Shown here: in pieces, positions 1 to 10,259 of the stretch
How positions within the stretch are numbered: the stretch's first letter is position 1
Layout: every line of letters begins with the position of its first letter
From: a bacterium
Lineage (GTDB): Bacteria; Patescibacteriota; Patescibacteriia; Patescibacteriales; UBA12465
DNA length: 64,000 nt
NCBI GenBank assembly: GCA_030696105.1
Contig: JAUYNJ010000004.1
Coordinates: forward strand, 13,872-77,871
Reading direction: 5' to 3'
Made by a program: the position numbers and the translations under genes
Notes under the pieces: model-generated
The model's database searches: none
The model's input: only the letters and a program-made list of their open reading frames with translations
Told to the model about the DNA's origin: nothing

Positions 1-111
1 ACCAAGCGCCGAAATAAGTAATACAAAAAGGGAGGCGCCAATAAGCACCTTCCCTTTTTTATCCAAATCTAATGATTCCAAGAATTTTTGAATTTTGCCT
101 TTATCCTCCAT
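1..111 (-). CDS. hypothetical protein, N-terminal fragment; gene runs off the left window edge
   Basis: ATG at 111..109, open for 37 codons to base 1 (MEDKGKIQKFLESLDLDKKGKVLIGASLFVLLISALG) with a hydrophobic stretch. Directly downstream of rplY on the same strand. Too short for the ORF track. Confidence 0.35.
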   Translation of the reverse strand, partial: MEDKGKIQKFLESLDLDKKGKVLIGASLFVLLISALG

Positions 112-130
112 AGAAGCAATTCTTTGTTTG

Positions 131-751
131 TTATTTGGTTTCCGGGGTCTCTTCTTTAGTCTCGCCAGCCGGTGCTGCTTCTACTGGAGCCGCTACCACT
201 GGTTCATCTTCAACCTTCTTTGGTTCTTCAACTACACAAACAACATCGCTATCATCATGCTCAAGAGTAATACCCTTTGGTAATTTTAGATCGCTAATAC
301 GAATCATATCACCAAATTCGTTCAAGTTGCTGATATCAACATCGATGTGGTCAACTAAGTCGGCTGGTAAACATTCAGCTGCGACTTCGTCCATACTTGA
401 TAGGAAGACACCGCCGAGCTCAGAAACAGCCTTTGAGGCACCAATAAATTCTAACGGGATTTCAGCCTTAACCTTTTCTTTCATATTAACCTGATAGAAG
501 TCAACGTGGATGAGGGTGTTTTTTAAAACATCTCTCTGTACGGTTTTAACAAGAACCGGAAACTCCTTATCCTCAAGGTGTAAAGTGATTAAATTTGATT
601 CACCAGCCTGTTCGAAAAGCTTTGCGAAGTTATTAAGCTTCACTTTGACAGAGCGGCTTTCGAGTCCGCGACCATATAAGATGCCGGCCAGGTCATCCTT
701 ACTTAACTTCTCATTTTTTGTGCGACTTTCCGCAGTTAATTTTAGTTCCAT
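131..751 (-). CDS. rplY: 50S ribosomal protein L25 / general stress protein Ctc (long form)
   Basis: 206 aa. L25/Ctc N-terminal fold motifs (ILYGRG, IHVDFYQV) plus an acidic Pro/Ala/Glu-rich C-terminal tail typical of Ctc-type L25. Confidence 0.9.
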   Translation of the reverse strand: MELKLTAESRTKNEKLSKDDLAGILYGRGLESRSVKVKLNNFAKLFEQAGESNLITLHLEDKEFPVLVKTVQRDVLKNTLIHVDFYQVNMKEKVKAEIPLEFIGASKAVSELGGVFLSSMDEVAAECLPADLVDHIDVDISNLNEFGDMIRISDLKLPKGITLEHDDSDVVCVVEEPKKVEDEPVVAAPVEAAPAGETKEETPETK

Positions 752-799
752 ACTTACATCTGGCTCGCCATAACTGAGACATGATCAGTCTAGCGGCGG

Positions 800-1906
800 C
801 TAATAATTAATTTTTGATTTGATAATGATGTTTTCAATAATGCCCACGAGAATGAATAAGGAGAAGATCGAGCTACCTCCATAACTAATAAAGGGCAACG
901 ACAAACCTACTACCGGGACAATACCGATATTCATACCAATATTAATAAACATTTGAATAAAAATCAAGCCCGCCGCCCCCAAAACAAAGTAAATGCTAAA
1001 GTCGTTCGGTGCTCTCTTTGCTGCCAACAAACAACGAGAGAATAAAACAGCAAAGAAAAAGAGCACGAGCGATACCCCTAAAAAGCCTAATTCTTCAGCA
1101 ATAACAGCAAAAATGAAATCATTCTGCGCTTCCGGTAGAAACTTTAACTGTGACTGTGAGCCAAAACCAACACCCTTGCCGTGCCATGAACCTGACCCAA
1201 CAGCGATGATTGCTTGTGATACATTGTAACCTTCAACTAAGGCATTGTCTCCTGGGTTGACAAAAGTTAAAATTCGTTGCTTTTGATAGTCTTTAAAGAG
1301 GAAAGACCAAGCAACAACTGCCAAAACCAGGCCCACCCCGATGATGGTAATAAAGTATTTTTTAGGAAATCCGGCGAGCGCCACCAGCACGAGCCAAATT
1401 ACGCCAAGCATAATTGCTGACCCAAAATCAGGCTGCATCATGACTAAAAACATCAAAAGTCCAGCCCCCAGGAATGAGGCAACAAAGTGTCGCATTGTTT
1501 TCACCTTCGTCGCCAAATCAGCAAAATACCCCGCTAAAAAAATTAGCAGAATTACTTTTACAAGCTCAACCGGCTGAATGCCAAAGCCTCCGACGTAAAA
1601 CCAGCCGCGCGTTCCGCGAATGTTGGAGCCAAAGAGAAGTACGGCGGTAAGAAGTCCGGCTCCAAACAAATAAATATAGCGACGCAGACTTTTAAGAAAA
1701 CGATAGTCAATCATCGCGAAAACAAACAGTAACAGAATACCAATGAAAATGAATAAAAGTTGCTTGTAAAAATTGAGTAAATCAAGATCCCCTTGTCCCA
1801 GGGCAACGCTATATATCTCCATCAAACCAAAAGCAGACAGTAGAATTACTGCTGCTAATAATAACCAATCAAAATTCTTGAGATACAACTTAATCCGTGA
1901 CCACAT
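800..1906 (-). CDS. SEDS family peptidoglycan glycosyltransferase (FtsW/RodA/SpoVE)
   Basis: 368 aa polytopic membrane protein. SEDS signatures QPVELVKV, QPDFGSA, PEAQNDFIFAVIAEELG, LPFISYGGSS. Confidence 0.9.
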   Translation of the reverse strand: MWSRIKLYLKNFDWLLLAAVILLSAFGLMEIYSVALGQGDLDLLNFYKQLLFIFIGILLLFVFAMIDYRFLKSLRRYIYLFGAGLLTAVLLFGSNIRGTRGWFYVGGFGIQPVELVKVILLIFLAGYFADLATKVKTMRHFVASFLGAGLLMFLVMMQPDFGSAIMLGVIWLVLVALAGFPKKYFITIIGVGLVLAVVAWSFLFKDYQKQRILTFVNPGDNALVEGYNVSQAIIAVGSGSWHGKGVGFGSQSQLKFLPEAQNDFIFAVIAEELGFLGVSLVLFFFAVLFSRCLLAAKRAPNDFSIYFVLGAAGLIFIQMFINIGMNIGIVPVVGLSLPFISYGGSSIFSLFILVGIIENIIIKSKINY

Positions 1907-1909
1907 AAA

Positions 1910-2815
1910 TTACTGCACGCTTCCGCCGCGGTAAGGAAGAAATACGTTGTTATTTAGGATATTGATGTCAGCGATAACTTCAGTACGAGTGACCCGTTCA
2001 CCAGCCGCTCGCCAAAATAAGCTCACTTCCCTTTCGTCTCCAGAGTAAAAGCTGTCGATATTATAAACATTTATACCTGAAGGCGTCTGCCCGTTATACA
2101 TAATTATACTAAATGGCACCGATAAAAAACTATAAGCCGACTTATTCTTTACCTTAAAAGTGAGACCGTGAAAGCCAGACGTTGAATTATTATACTTTAA
2201 ATCCGTCACTTCAATATTTAAGCGCTCATTCTTATACTCAGGCCAATTCGGGATAGCATGCGCGTTCAGCCTCTGCCAGAATAAATCGGTAATCACCAGT
2301 CTCACGTTGCTCGGACGGACTTCACTACTGACGCTCGGTATTAATAAATTTTTCTGAGAACTAGGCAGAATAAATGAGCCCCCACAAACCAATTCCTCTT
2401 CGCCCGCAAAGAGGCAGTACTGAAAATTACTATGATGCCTCTCATTAGAATTATTTAAGGTGACAAGAAAATCATATTTATCGGCGACCGCAAATGTCAT
2501 TACTGGGCCAACATCAAGATCTTTAGGGGCATTAGCCTCGCGATAAGCTTGAGTGTCAATCAGGCTTGCCGACAAATCAATAGCTAATTGATTATCTGCT
2601 TCCCGTCCATGCAGAAAATAAAAGACATAATTATAGCTGGAATAAATAAACATGCCCGCAGATACAACAATTAAAAAAATTATTAAGCCTCTGGTGAATC
2701 GACGGCGGTTCTCTGACAGCCACAAACCGAAATGCATACGACTAATCGTTAATCCCTCCCTGTCGTTATATTTATTTAAATTTATGGTTGATTTACCACT
2801 ATGCTTTGTCGCCAT
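1910..2815 (-). CDS. hypothetical membrane-anchored protein
   Basis: 301 aa. One N-terminal TM (GLIIFLIVVSAGMFIYSS) followed by a soluble domain. 3-nt gap to the SEDS gene suggests co-transcription. No family recognised. Confidence 0.6.
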   Translation of the reverse strand: MATKHSGKSTINLNKYNDREGLTISRMHFGLWLSENRRRFTRGLIIFLIVVSAGMFIYSSYNYVFYFLHGREADNQLAIDLSASLIDTQAYREANAPKDLDVGPVMTFAVADKYDFLVTLNNSNERHHSNFQYCLFAGEEELVCGGSFILPSSQKNLLIPSVSSEVRPSNVRLVITDLFWQRLNAHAIPNWPEYKNERLNIEVTDLKYNNSTSGFHGLTFKVKNKSAYSFLSVPFSIIMYNGQTPSGINVYNIDSFYSGDEREVSLFWRAAGERVTRTEVIADINILNNNVFLPYRGGSVQ

Positions 2816-2880
2816 ATTTATGTTATAATTAAGATTATTCTGATTATAACATAATAATATAAGTAAATAAACTTGTTTTT

Positions 2881-3846
2881 ATGATAGATTTTATTACTCC
2901 TCTAAGCGTACCAAAAAATAAACGCTCAACTTACCGACAAAATTTCAAGATTGCCACTAAGGGCACAGGAAAACTCCTGCTCTTCGCCGCCGATCAGAAG
3001 GTTGAACACTTAAACGACGATTTTTTCGGTGCTGGCATAACACCAGAAGACGCTTCACCAGAGCATTTGTTTCAGGTCGCTGCTGGTATCCCAGGTGCTG
3101 TCATGGCGGCTCACATTGGTTTACTTGCTCGTTACGGCGGAGACTATCGTCACCTGCCCTTCATTTTGAAAATTAACGGCAAAAGTCCACTAGACAAAAG
3201 AGCTGATGATTTATTCAGTGGCGCTTGGTTATCAAGTGAGCAAATTGAACAGTTTACCGAAACTAGCGGCTTAAATATCGTCGGTCTTGGCCACACTATT
3301 ATTCTCGGCAGCACTCAAGAAGCTAAGATGCTCAAGCAAGCTTCAAAGGTAATACAAACCGCTCATGAACTTGGCCTTCTCGCTATTATTTGGATGTATC
3401 CACGTAATGCGAGCATCAAAAATGAAGAGGATGTACATTTAGTTGCCGGTGGTGCCGGTGTCGCTGCCTGCCTCGGCGCTGATTTCGTGAAAGTAAAATA
3501 TCCTTACAAAAAATTCACTGACGATAAGAAGACTGCCGCCTTTTCTGAAGTAACAAAGGCAGCCGGACGCACTAGTGTCATTTGTGTTGGTGGTAGCAAA
3601 CTGCCAGCCGAAGAATTATTAAAACATCTTGGCCGACAATTAAAGAATGGCACAAAGGGGCTGGCCATCGGACGCAACCTACATCAACGCTCTTTAAGCG
3701 AGGCGACAGCGCTTGGTAATGCTTTATCTGCTATGATTCATAAAGATGTAAGCGCAAGCGAAGCTATTAAATTATTTAAGGGTAATAAGACAAATGCTAA
3801 GAAAGCGAACTCACACTCACCGCGACGTGTACTAGGACTATTCTAA
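2881..3846 (+). CDS. class I aldolase of the DhnA/FbaB (DeoC/LacD-like) family, probably fructose-bisphosphate aldolase
   Basis: 321 aa. TIM-barrel aldolase motifs (FAADQKVEH, ADFVKVKYP Schiff-base Lys region, VGGSK, AIGRN). Confidence 0.7.
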   Translation: MIDFITPLSVPKNKRSTYRQNFKIATKGTGKLLLFAADQKVEHLNDDFFGAGITPEDASPEHLFQVAAGIPGAVMAAHIGLLARYGGDYRHLPFILKINGKSPLDKRADDLFSGAWLSSEQIEQFTETSGLNIVGLGHTIILGSTQEAKMLKQASKVIQTAHELGLLAIIWMYPRNASIKNEEDVHLVAGGAGVAACLGADFVKVKYPYKKFTDDKKTAAFSEVTKAAGRTSVICVGGSKLPAEELLKHLGRQLKNGTKGLAIGRNLHQRSLSEATALGNALSAMIHKDVSASEAIKLFKGNKTNAKKANSHSPRRVLGLF

Positions 3847-3870
3847 AACGTAATTCTAATCTAGTATAAC

Positions 3871-3897
3871 AAAAGACGCCAGCTCGGCGTCTTTTTG
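3871..3897. terminator. bidirectional intrinsic terminator
   Basis: aaaagacgcc-agctc-ggcgtctttt stem-loop flanked by A and T runs, between convergent genes. Confidence 0.8.
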
Positions 3898-3919
3898 TAT
3901 ATAGAATTTTATTTATAAA

Positions 3920-5374
3920 TTACTGAACAACTTCTACTTTAATGCGGTCAGCTAAACTCGGCGCACGCTTAATAAACTTCGGGAAGAATTCTAGCTCATA
4001 GTTCTGAATTTCAGGGAAAGCCTGTAAGTATTCCGAGATTTGCTCCTCGTTAAGATTCACGAGTTGTTTGCGATCAATAATACCAGCGTCAGTGCGCAAA
4101 GACATATTGCCCTTGAAACTAGCGGCCACGGTCGCAGTGCTTGACGCGGCGTCATAGGTGTCTAAACGATAGGCAATGTCTTTACCATCGAAGGCGGATA
4201 ACTTCTTATCGTCAGGTAATAGGAAAGCAATCTTCGCTTTAACTAGAGCCTCTGCCTGCTCCTTTGAAAACATCGCAATGGCTAAAGTATTTTCTGCGGA
4301 GACAATAAATTCACCAATTTCGTCACCGAGCTTTGCGTCGATTTTTACAGCCGCCGCACTATCATCAAGATTGTAGGCTACAGCGAAAGTGCCACCCTGA
4401 ACTTCGGCTAGGGCCATTTCAGCCTTATCAGACAAAGCTTTCTTAATACCAACTATCGCCTGGTCGAGATCGCGCTGCTTTATAAAACGCTTAACCTGAT
4501 GCTGATATTCAAAAGCGGTATCACTTGTCGCGTAAATTTTATCTTGCAAACCAAGCCAAAGGCCAGGAATCGTGAATTTGGTTGGACCAACGGCCATGTC
4601 TAAAGATGCTTTGTCAGCATAAACTTCTGCCGTGACTGTACCGCCAGCGGGAATATTCACCGCCTCTTTCAAACGGAATAACTTGTTATCAACACTGAGT
4701 AAACGGGTTTTTGCAACCAGAGGTTGAGCTTTAGTATATTCATTATGCAAAGTAACTTCACCAACAACTTCTTCGCCTAAAATTTCTTCTCCGCTAGACT
4801 CAAATACTTTTTCAGCACTGAGAGTGATGGTGCGGACTTCACCGGCGACTAAACGGCTACCAGCACTTTCAGCCAGTGCATCCTCACTATCAGCTGAGGC
4901 AATACGTAATGATAAGCTATCAGCAATTGCCTCCGCGCTCGGGTGCATTGTTATCTTTAAACTAGGTAAGAAAAAATAGCCAACAACAAGCAGGAGTAAA
5001 AGAGTGAGGCCAATAAATTGATAAGCAATGCGACGATAAAGACTTAGAGATTTTCTTTGAACAGGGCGACGTCTTTCGCCTCCTGCAAGTGAGCTTGCCT
5101 TCACGGCCGGACCGTCTTTTTTTTGCTTCATGTCCGTTACCAAATCGGAAAAATATTTTTTCTGGACATCCAGCTGTTCGCGCTCAGAGGGATTATCTTC
5201 CGGCAATGACGAGAGCGGCTCACGAAATAACACCTCTTCATCATCAGCAATAATGTCAATGGTGATGGCCTTTGACTTGGCCTTAGGAATTGGTTTATCT
5301 TTCTGAACAACCCGCTTCGCGCTTGGTTTTTTTGGTGCCGGTTTCTTGGCGGCTTCTTTTTTTAATCTTGGCAT
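3920..5374 (-). CDS. hypothetical bitopic membrane protein with Lys-rich N-terminus
   Basis: ATG at 5374 is preceded by GGAGG (5385..5389, minus strand); the ORF-track start at 5395 is probably too early. One TM (FIGLTLLLLLVVGYFFL) and a large extracytoplasmic domain. Confidence 0.65.
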   Translation of the reverse strand: MPRLKKEAAKKPAPKKPSAKRVVQKDKPIPKAKSKAITIDIIADDEEVLFREPLSSLPEDNPSEREQLDVQKKYFSDLVTDMKQKKDGPAVKASSLAGGERRRPVQRKSLSLYRRIAYQFIGLTLLLLLVVGYFFLPSLKITMHPSAEAIADSLSLRIASADSEDALAESAGSRLVAGEVRTITLSAEKVFESSGEEILGEEVVGEVTLHNEYTKAQPLVAKTRLLSVDNKLFRLKEAVNIPAGGTVTAEVYADKASLDMAVGPTKFTIPGLWLGLQDKIYATSDTAFEYQHQVKRFIKQRDLDQAIVGIKKALSDKAEMALAEVQGGTFAVAYNLDDSAAAVKIDAKLGDEIGEFIVSAENTLAIAMFSKEQAEALVKAKIAFLLPDDKKLSAFDGKDIAYRLDTYDAASSTATVAASFKGNMSLRTDAGIIDRKQLVNLNEEQISEYLQAFPEIQNYELEFFPKFIKRAPSLADRIKVEVVQ

Positions 5375-5499
5375 AAGCTTGTTTCCTCCGGACAAGCCGG
5401 TAAATATAAAAGAGAATAGATGACGCGAGCGATGGCGCCAGTGTAATCTTTTTTATTATAACAGATTTTTACTGAGCTAACAATTATTTTATGATAACT

Positions 5500-8400
5500 T
5501 TATTTAATTTCAGCTGTTTGTTCGAGTGGCTCGACCACTTGCACTGATTTACCCATCGCTGTTTGTAATTTTAGACGTAACTCTGAGGTATTATTAACAA
5601 GATATGAGGTTTTAATAATATGGTCGTCCCTCCCCGCTAGTACGCGCAAGAATACAGCGTTTTCGCCCGGCATAGACAAAAGAATCGTCTTTAACATTTC
5701 TTGCTCTTCGGTAGAGGGCGCTTTTTTGAAGGCAAGCCGTAGTGCCGGCTCCTGCTCGGCAGTAAGCGCTGATTTCAGTTCCGGTTTGGGCGCATCACTT
5801 TGTGTAGTGACTGGTGTCGTCACGACTGTTTTTACAGCAGTCTGCGCAGGAGTATTGGAATAAGCCGGCTTTGGCTTTGACCAGCCCCCACCCTCACCAT
5901 TATTGCCGCGCCAGCGATTAACACTTTTATTCGCCATTAGTACGCGTTTAAAGTTATCAACTGATTCACTTGGGTTGTCGGTATCAATTGGCCCGACCTG
6001 GTCAACTAAAACTTTAATATCAGTATCTTTTTCAGACAACTTTCCGCGTACAATCACAATTGCTCCGTCTTTCCATAGCTCAAGAGTAGTTTTAAGAAGA
6101 CTCGGGAACACAAGCAACTCAACGCTACCACCCTGATCTTCAAACTTCACAAATATCATCGTCTCACCCTTGCGCGTGACGATTTTCTTAATGGATGTAA
6201 TAACGCCAGCTGCTACGATAGTGTCGTCTGAACGATGATTCTTCAACTTCATCAAGGGGATGGCGTAGCCATTGAGATATTCACCCAGCATTGATAGAGG
6301 ATTATCACTAATATACAAGCCCAGCAGTTCCCTTTCCCAGGAAAGTTTTTCAATCTTTGTTGGTTCAGGCGCGTCTAAAATTTGTGGACGCGACAAAACA
6401 TTGAGTTCAGGTGCGGAGGCGAATAAGCTTGCCTGCCGACTATCGACTTCCTTGGATATCTCTTTATTAAACGACAGAAATCTCTCTGTATTTGCAAGCA
6501 GACTGCCTCTTTCCCCAAAAGTATCCATCGCTCCGCTCTTAATTAAACTTTCGAGCGACTTCTTATTTAAATCTTTATCGTTTATTCGTTCAAGTAATTC
6601 AAAAATGTTCTCATAGGGACCACTCTTTTTGCGGTCATCAATAATAACACTGACAATGTGCTCGCCGACATTCTTTATCGCGTTCAGTCCAAAACGTATC
6701 GTGTCAACTTTTTCACCTTCAAGGGCTGTACGGTTTGATTTTGTACCAGCCGTAACCACAGTGAAGGAATCAAAAGACTCGTTGATGTCAGGAGGCATGA
6801 CTTTTAAGCCCATACTGCGACACTCCTCGATTTCAATCGCAACCCGGTCACTATCGTGCTGATCAGAGGTAAGTAAGGCTGCCATGAATTCAACTGGCCA
6901 GTGTGCTTTCAAATATGCCGTCTGATAACCAATCATCGCGTAACAAGCGGCATGCGAGCGATTAAAACCATAACCAGCAAAAGGCTCGATGAATGAGAAA
7001 ACCTTCTCCGCCAGTTCTTTATGTACGCCATTTTTAACACAACCGTCAACAAACTTTTCTTTCTGTTCGGCGAGTAAAGCGGCAATCTTCTTACCCATGG
7101 CCTTTCGCAGCACGTCAGCTTCACCGGGAGTAAAGCCAGCAAGTGCCCGCGATATTTTCATGACTTGTTCCTGATAAATCGCGACGCCATAGGTACGCGC
7201 CAAAATCGGTTCGAGTTTTGGGTGCAAGTAGACAACTTCTTTTTGTCTGTGCTTACCGGCAATATAATCAGGAATCCACTCCATCGGACCGGGACGATAT
7301 AAAGCAACCATCGCAATAATATCTTCAAATTCACTCGGCTTAAGGTCGCGCAAATAACGCTTCATGCCCGAAGACTCAAACTGAAAAACGCCAGTCGTCT
7401 CGCCGAGTTGAAAGAGGCGATAGGTTGCTTCGTCATCAAGTGGTAAGTTGTCGATATCAATTTCAAGCCCTCTTGTCTTTTTGATAATACGTAAAGCCGA
7501 CTCAATAATCGTCAGATTTTTTAAACCTAAGAAATCCATCTTAAGTAAGCCAAGATCTTCCACTGGGTGTAAAGAGTACTGCGAGATAACTGTCTTATCA
7601 GAAGATGAGGCGTATTGTATTGGCACGTATTCAGTTAATGGTCTCGGCGTAATTAATACACCGCAAGCATGTGTTGAGGTGTGCCGAGCGACACCCTCTA
7701 AGCGCTTCGCGTAATCAAGAATGCGCTTACCCTCAGCTTCATTATTATAAATATCTTTCACTTCCGGAACCTCCGCAATCGCTTTGGTCAGCGAGGTAAA
7801 CATCGGAATACTTTTGGAAATCTTGTCACAATACTCATAAGGCGCGCCTAATACGCGACCAACATCACGCACCGCAGCGCGAGCTGCCATCGTTCCGAAA
7901 GTAATAATCTGAGCGACGTGGTCTTGTCCATATTTCGTTTCGACGTAATTTAAAACATCAGCCCGGCGGATATCAGCAAAGTCCATGTCGATATCAGGCA
8001 TGGAAATACGGTCAGGATTTAAGAAACGCTCAAAGAGTAAGTCGTAGACGAGTGGATCAAGGTTAGTGATACCAGTAAGATAACAAACCAGCGAACCAGC
8101 AGCACTACCGCGTCCAGGTCCAACCACAATCTTATTATCTTTCGCCCAGTTAACGAAGTCACTAACAATTAAGAAGTAGGCGGGCCAACCCATTTTTATG
8201 ACAACCCCCAACTCATATTCAAGCCGCTCGACAATCTTTTCCAAACTTAAATTGATAGGCAGACGATTATCATCAGGATTAATAACATAACTGTCGCCCT
8301 CTTTAACGATGCCGTATTTCTTCTTCAGGCCAAGCTCACAAATATATCTTAAATATGAGTTCTCATCATAACCGGCCGGCACCTCAAAAATCGGCAACTG

Positions 8401-9243
8401 AATTTCACCAAGTGGCAACTCGAGGTCGCACATGTCGGCAATTTTTACAGTATTAGCAATTGCTTCGGGTACGTGCGCAAAAGCTTTCTCCATTTCCGCA
8501 GCTGGGCGCATTGAATAATCACCATGACCAATCATCCGCATGCGGTCAGTGTCATCAATTTTTTTCTTATTCTGCAAACACAATAAGATGTCCTGCGCCT
8601 CCGCGTCTTCGGGCTTAAAATAATGAACGTCGTTAGTGGCAACAAGTGGCACACCAAGTTCTTTGGAAAATTTGATTAACTGCTCATTAACCTTCTCCTG
8701 ACCTTCAAGCTCAGGATGATCCATTATTTCTAAATAATAGTTGCCTTGACCGAAGAGCTCATTGTATTCGCGTATTCTCTTCTCTGCTTTTTCTAAATCA
8801 CCATTCAATATATGCTGCGGAATCTCACCGCCAAGACAAGCACTACAAGCAATAACGCCCTCGTGATGTGCTGTTAACAGTTCCCAGTCAATGCGGGGTT
8901 TGTAATAGAAGCCTTCAATGTGAGCCGCTGAGACAAGTTTAATTAAATTATCATAGCCCGTCTTGTTCTTCGCGAGCAGCAAGAGATGATAACTGCGACC
9001 ATCAGCACGAGTGTGTTTATCGTGACGAGAATTAGGGGCGAGATAGGCCTCAAAGCCAATAATTGGTTTAATGCCCGCCTTCTTCGCTTTTTGATAGAAT
9101 TCGATGGCACCATAGAGCGCACCGTGATCGGTAATAGCTACGGCCGGTGCACCTTCTTCTTTAGCGCGACCAACTAACTCGTCAATCTTAGTAAGACCGT
9201 CGAGCAAGGAATAATGACTATGGTTGTGGAGATGGACGAACAT
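5500..9243 (-). CDS. dnaE: DNA polymerase III alpha subunit
   Basis: 1247 aa. PHP domain start MFVHLHNHSHYSLLDG, catalytic core motifs GRGSAAGSLV and PDIDMDF, OB-fold region, plus a ~160-aa C-terminal extension. Confidence 0.95.
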   Translation of the reverse strand: MFVHLHNHSHYSLLDGLTKIDELVGRAKEEGAPAVAITDHGALYGAIEFYQKAKKAGIKPIIGFEAYLAPNSRHDKHTRADGRSYHLLLLAKNKTGYDNLIKLVSAAHIEGFYYKPRIDWELLTAHHEGVIACSACLGGEIPQHILNGDLEKAEKRIREYNELFGQGNYYLEIMDHPELEGQEKVNEQLIKFSKELGVPLVATNDVHYFKPEDAEAQDILLCLQNKKKIDDTDRMRMIGHGDYSMRPAAEMEKAFAHVPEAIANTVKIADMCDLELPLGEIQLPIFEVPAGYDENSYLRYICELGLKKKYGIVKEGDSYVINPDDNRLPINLSLEKIVERLEYELGVVIKMGWPAYFLIVSDFVNWAKDNKIVVGPGRGSAAGSLVCYLTGITNLDPLVYDLLFERFLNPDRISMPDIDMDFADIRRADVLNYVETKYGQDHVAQIITFGTMAARAAVRDVGRVLGAPYEYCDKISKSIPMFTSLTKAIAEVPEVKDIYNNEAEGKRILDYAKRLEGVARHTSTHACGVLITPRPLTEYVPIQYASSSDKTVISQYSLHPVEDLGLLKMDFLGLKNLTIIESALRIIKKTRGLEIDIDNLPLDDEATYRLFQLGETTGVFQFESSGMKRYLRDLKPSEFEDIIAMVALYRPGPMEWIPDYIAGKHRQKEVVYLHPKLEPILARTYGVAIYQEQVMKISRALAGFTPGEADVLRKAMGKKIAALLAEQKEKFVDGCVKNGVHKELAEKVFSFIEPFAGYGFNRSHAACYAMIGYQTAYLKAHWPVEFMAALLTSDQHDSDRVAIEIEECRSMGLKVMPPDINESFDSFTVVTAGTKSNRTALEGEKVDTIRFGLNAIKNVGEHIVSVIIDDRKKSGPYENIFELLERINDKDLNKKSLESLIKSGAMDTFGERGSLLANTERFLSFNKEISKEVDSRQASLFASAPELNVLSRPQILDAPEPTKIEKLSWERELLGLYISDNPLSMLGEYLNGYAIPLMKLKNHRSDDTIVAAGVITSIKKIVTRKGETMIFVKFEDQGGSVELLVFPSLLKTTLELWKDGAIVIVRGKLSEKDTDIKVLVDQVGPIDTDNPSESVDNFKRVLMANKSVNRWRGNNGEGGGWSKPKPAYSNTPAQTAVKTVVTTPVTTQSDAPKPELKSALTAEQEPALRLAFKKAPSTEEQEMLKTILLSMPGENAVFLRVLAGRDDHIIKTSYLVNNTSELRLKLQTAMGKSVQVVEPLEQTAEIK

Positions 9244-9335
9244 TAAAAATTAGCTATTTTTTATGATTAAAGCATAACAATTTTATACTCATCTTTCAAT
9301 CTTGCCAAAAGATGCTATATCTGCCTTTTCATATC

Positions 9336-9365
9336 AAAAAAAGGGGGGAATTTCCCCCCTTTTTA
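9336..9365. terminator. bidirectional intrinsic terminator downstream of parB
   Basis: aaaaaaagggggg-aattt-ccccccttttt perfect GC stem with flanking A/T runs. Confidence 0.85.
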
Positions 9366-9381
9366 TATATTTCGTAAATAA

Positions 9382-10251
9382 TTACTCCTCAATTTTGTCT
9401 ATGATATTTCCAAGCTCTTCTTCACTGTAAAAATCGAGTATCACCCGGCCGCCACGACCAGAGCGAATAATGCGCGCCTTAGTCCCAAAATGAGTACGCA
9501 ACTTCTCTTCCTTATCCTTATCGGCGTAATTAATCACCACACGGGCTGACTTGGTGCCACCCATACGCTTAGTTTCATCGTGAGTCTGGGCAACGGATAA
9601 GTTCTGATTAATTATTTTTTTAAAAAGCACTGCCTGCTTACCCGGATTCTCAATTCCAAGCAAATATTTGGCATGAGCTTCCGTGATGCGACCAGAACTC
9701 AAAGCTTCTTGGATCTCTAAGGGCAACTCTAGCAAACGCAAAGTATTCGCGAGCGTTGAGCGCGCTTTACCGATGCGCTTGGCGGTTTCCTCTTGGGTGA
9801 GATTAAACTCGTCCATCAGGCGCTTATAGGCTCGCGCCGTTTCGACTGGGTCAAGATCTTGTCTCTGTAAATTCTCAATCAAGGCCAGTTCCAATTTTTT
9901 TTGCTCACTGGCTTCACGCACTAAGGCTGGCACTGTTTTAAGACCCAGTGCAGTTGCGCTGCGCCAGCGACGTTCACCCGCAATTAGTTCATACTTCCCG
10001 TCTTTGCGTGTTAAAACGAGCGGTTGGATAATTCCGTGTTCTTTAATAGAATCCATTAGCTCCCGCAAAGATACTTCACTGAAATTATGGCGCGGCTGAT
10101 AGGGATTCATGCTAATCTCTTTCGGATCAATATAGAAAACCCGATCGGCGTCAGCCATTACCGGCTGTGACGCCGCCTCAGTATTTAATGGTGTGTCGAT
10201 GTTTTTTTTGGGGATAAGGGAGCCGAGGCCCCGGCCTAGTGCTTGCGACAT
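9382..10251 (-). CDS. parB: chromosome partitioning protein ParB
   Basis: 289 aa. ParB box LIAGERRWRSA, HTH (ETAKRIGKARSTLANTLRLL). Follows parA with an 8-nt gap. Confidence 0.92.
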   Translation of the reverse strand: MSQALGRGLGSLIPKKNIDTPLNTEAASQPVMADADRVFYIDPKEISMNPYQPRHNFSEVSLRELMDSIKEHGIIQPLVLTRKDGKYELIAGERRWRSATALGLKTVPALVREASEQKKLELALIENLQRQDLDPVETARAYKRLMDEFNLTQEETAKRIGKARSTLANTLRLLELPLEIQEALSSGRITEAHAKYLLGIENPGKQAVLFKKIINQNLSVAQTHDETKRMGGTKSARVVINYADKDKEEKLRTHFGTKARIIRSGRGGRVILDFYSEEELGNIIDKIEE

Positions 10252-10259
10252 ATTTTAAA

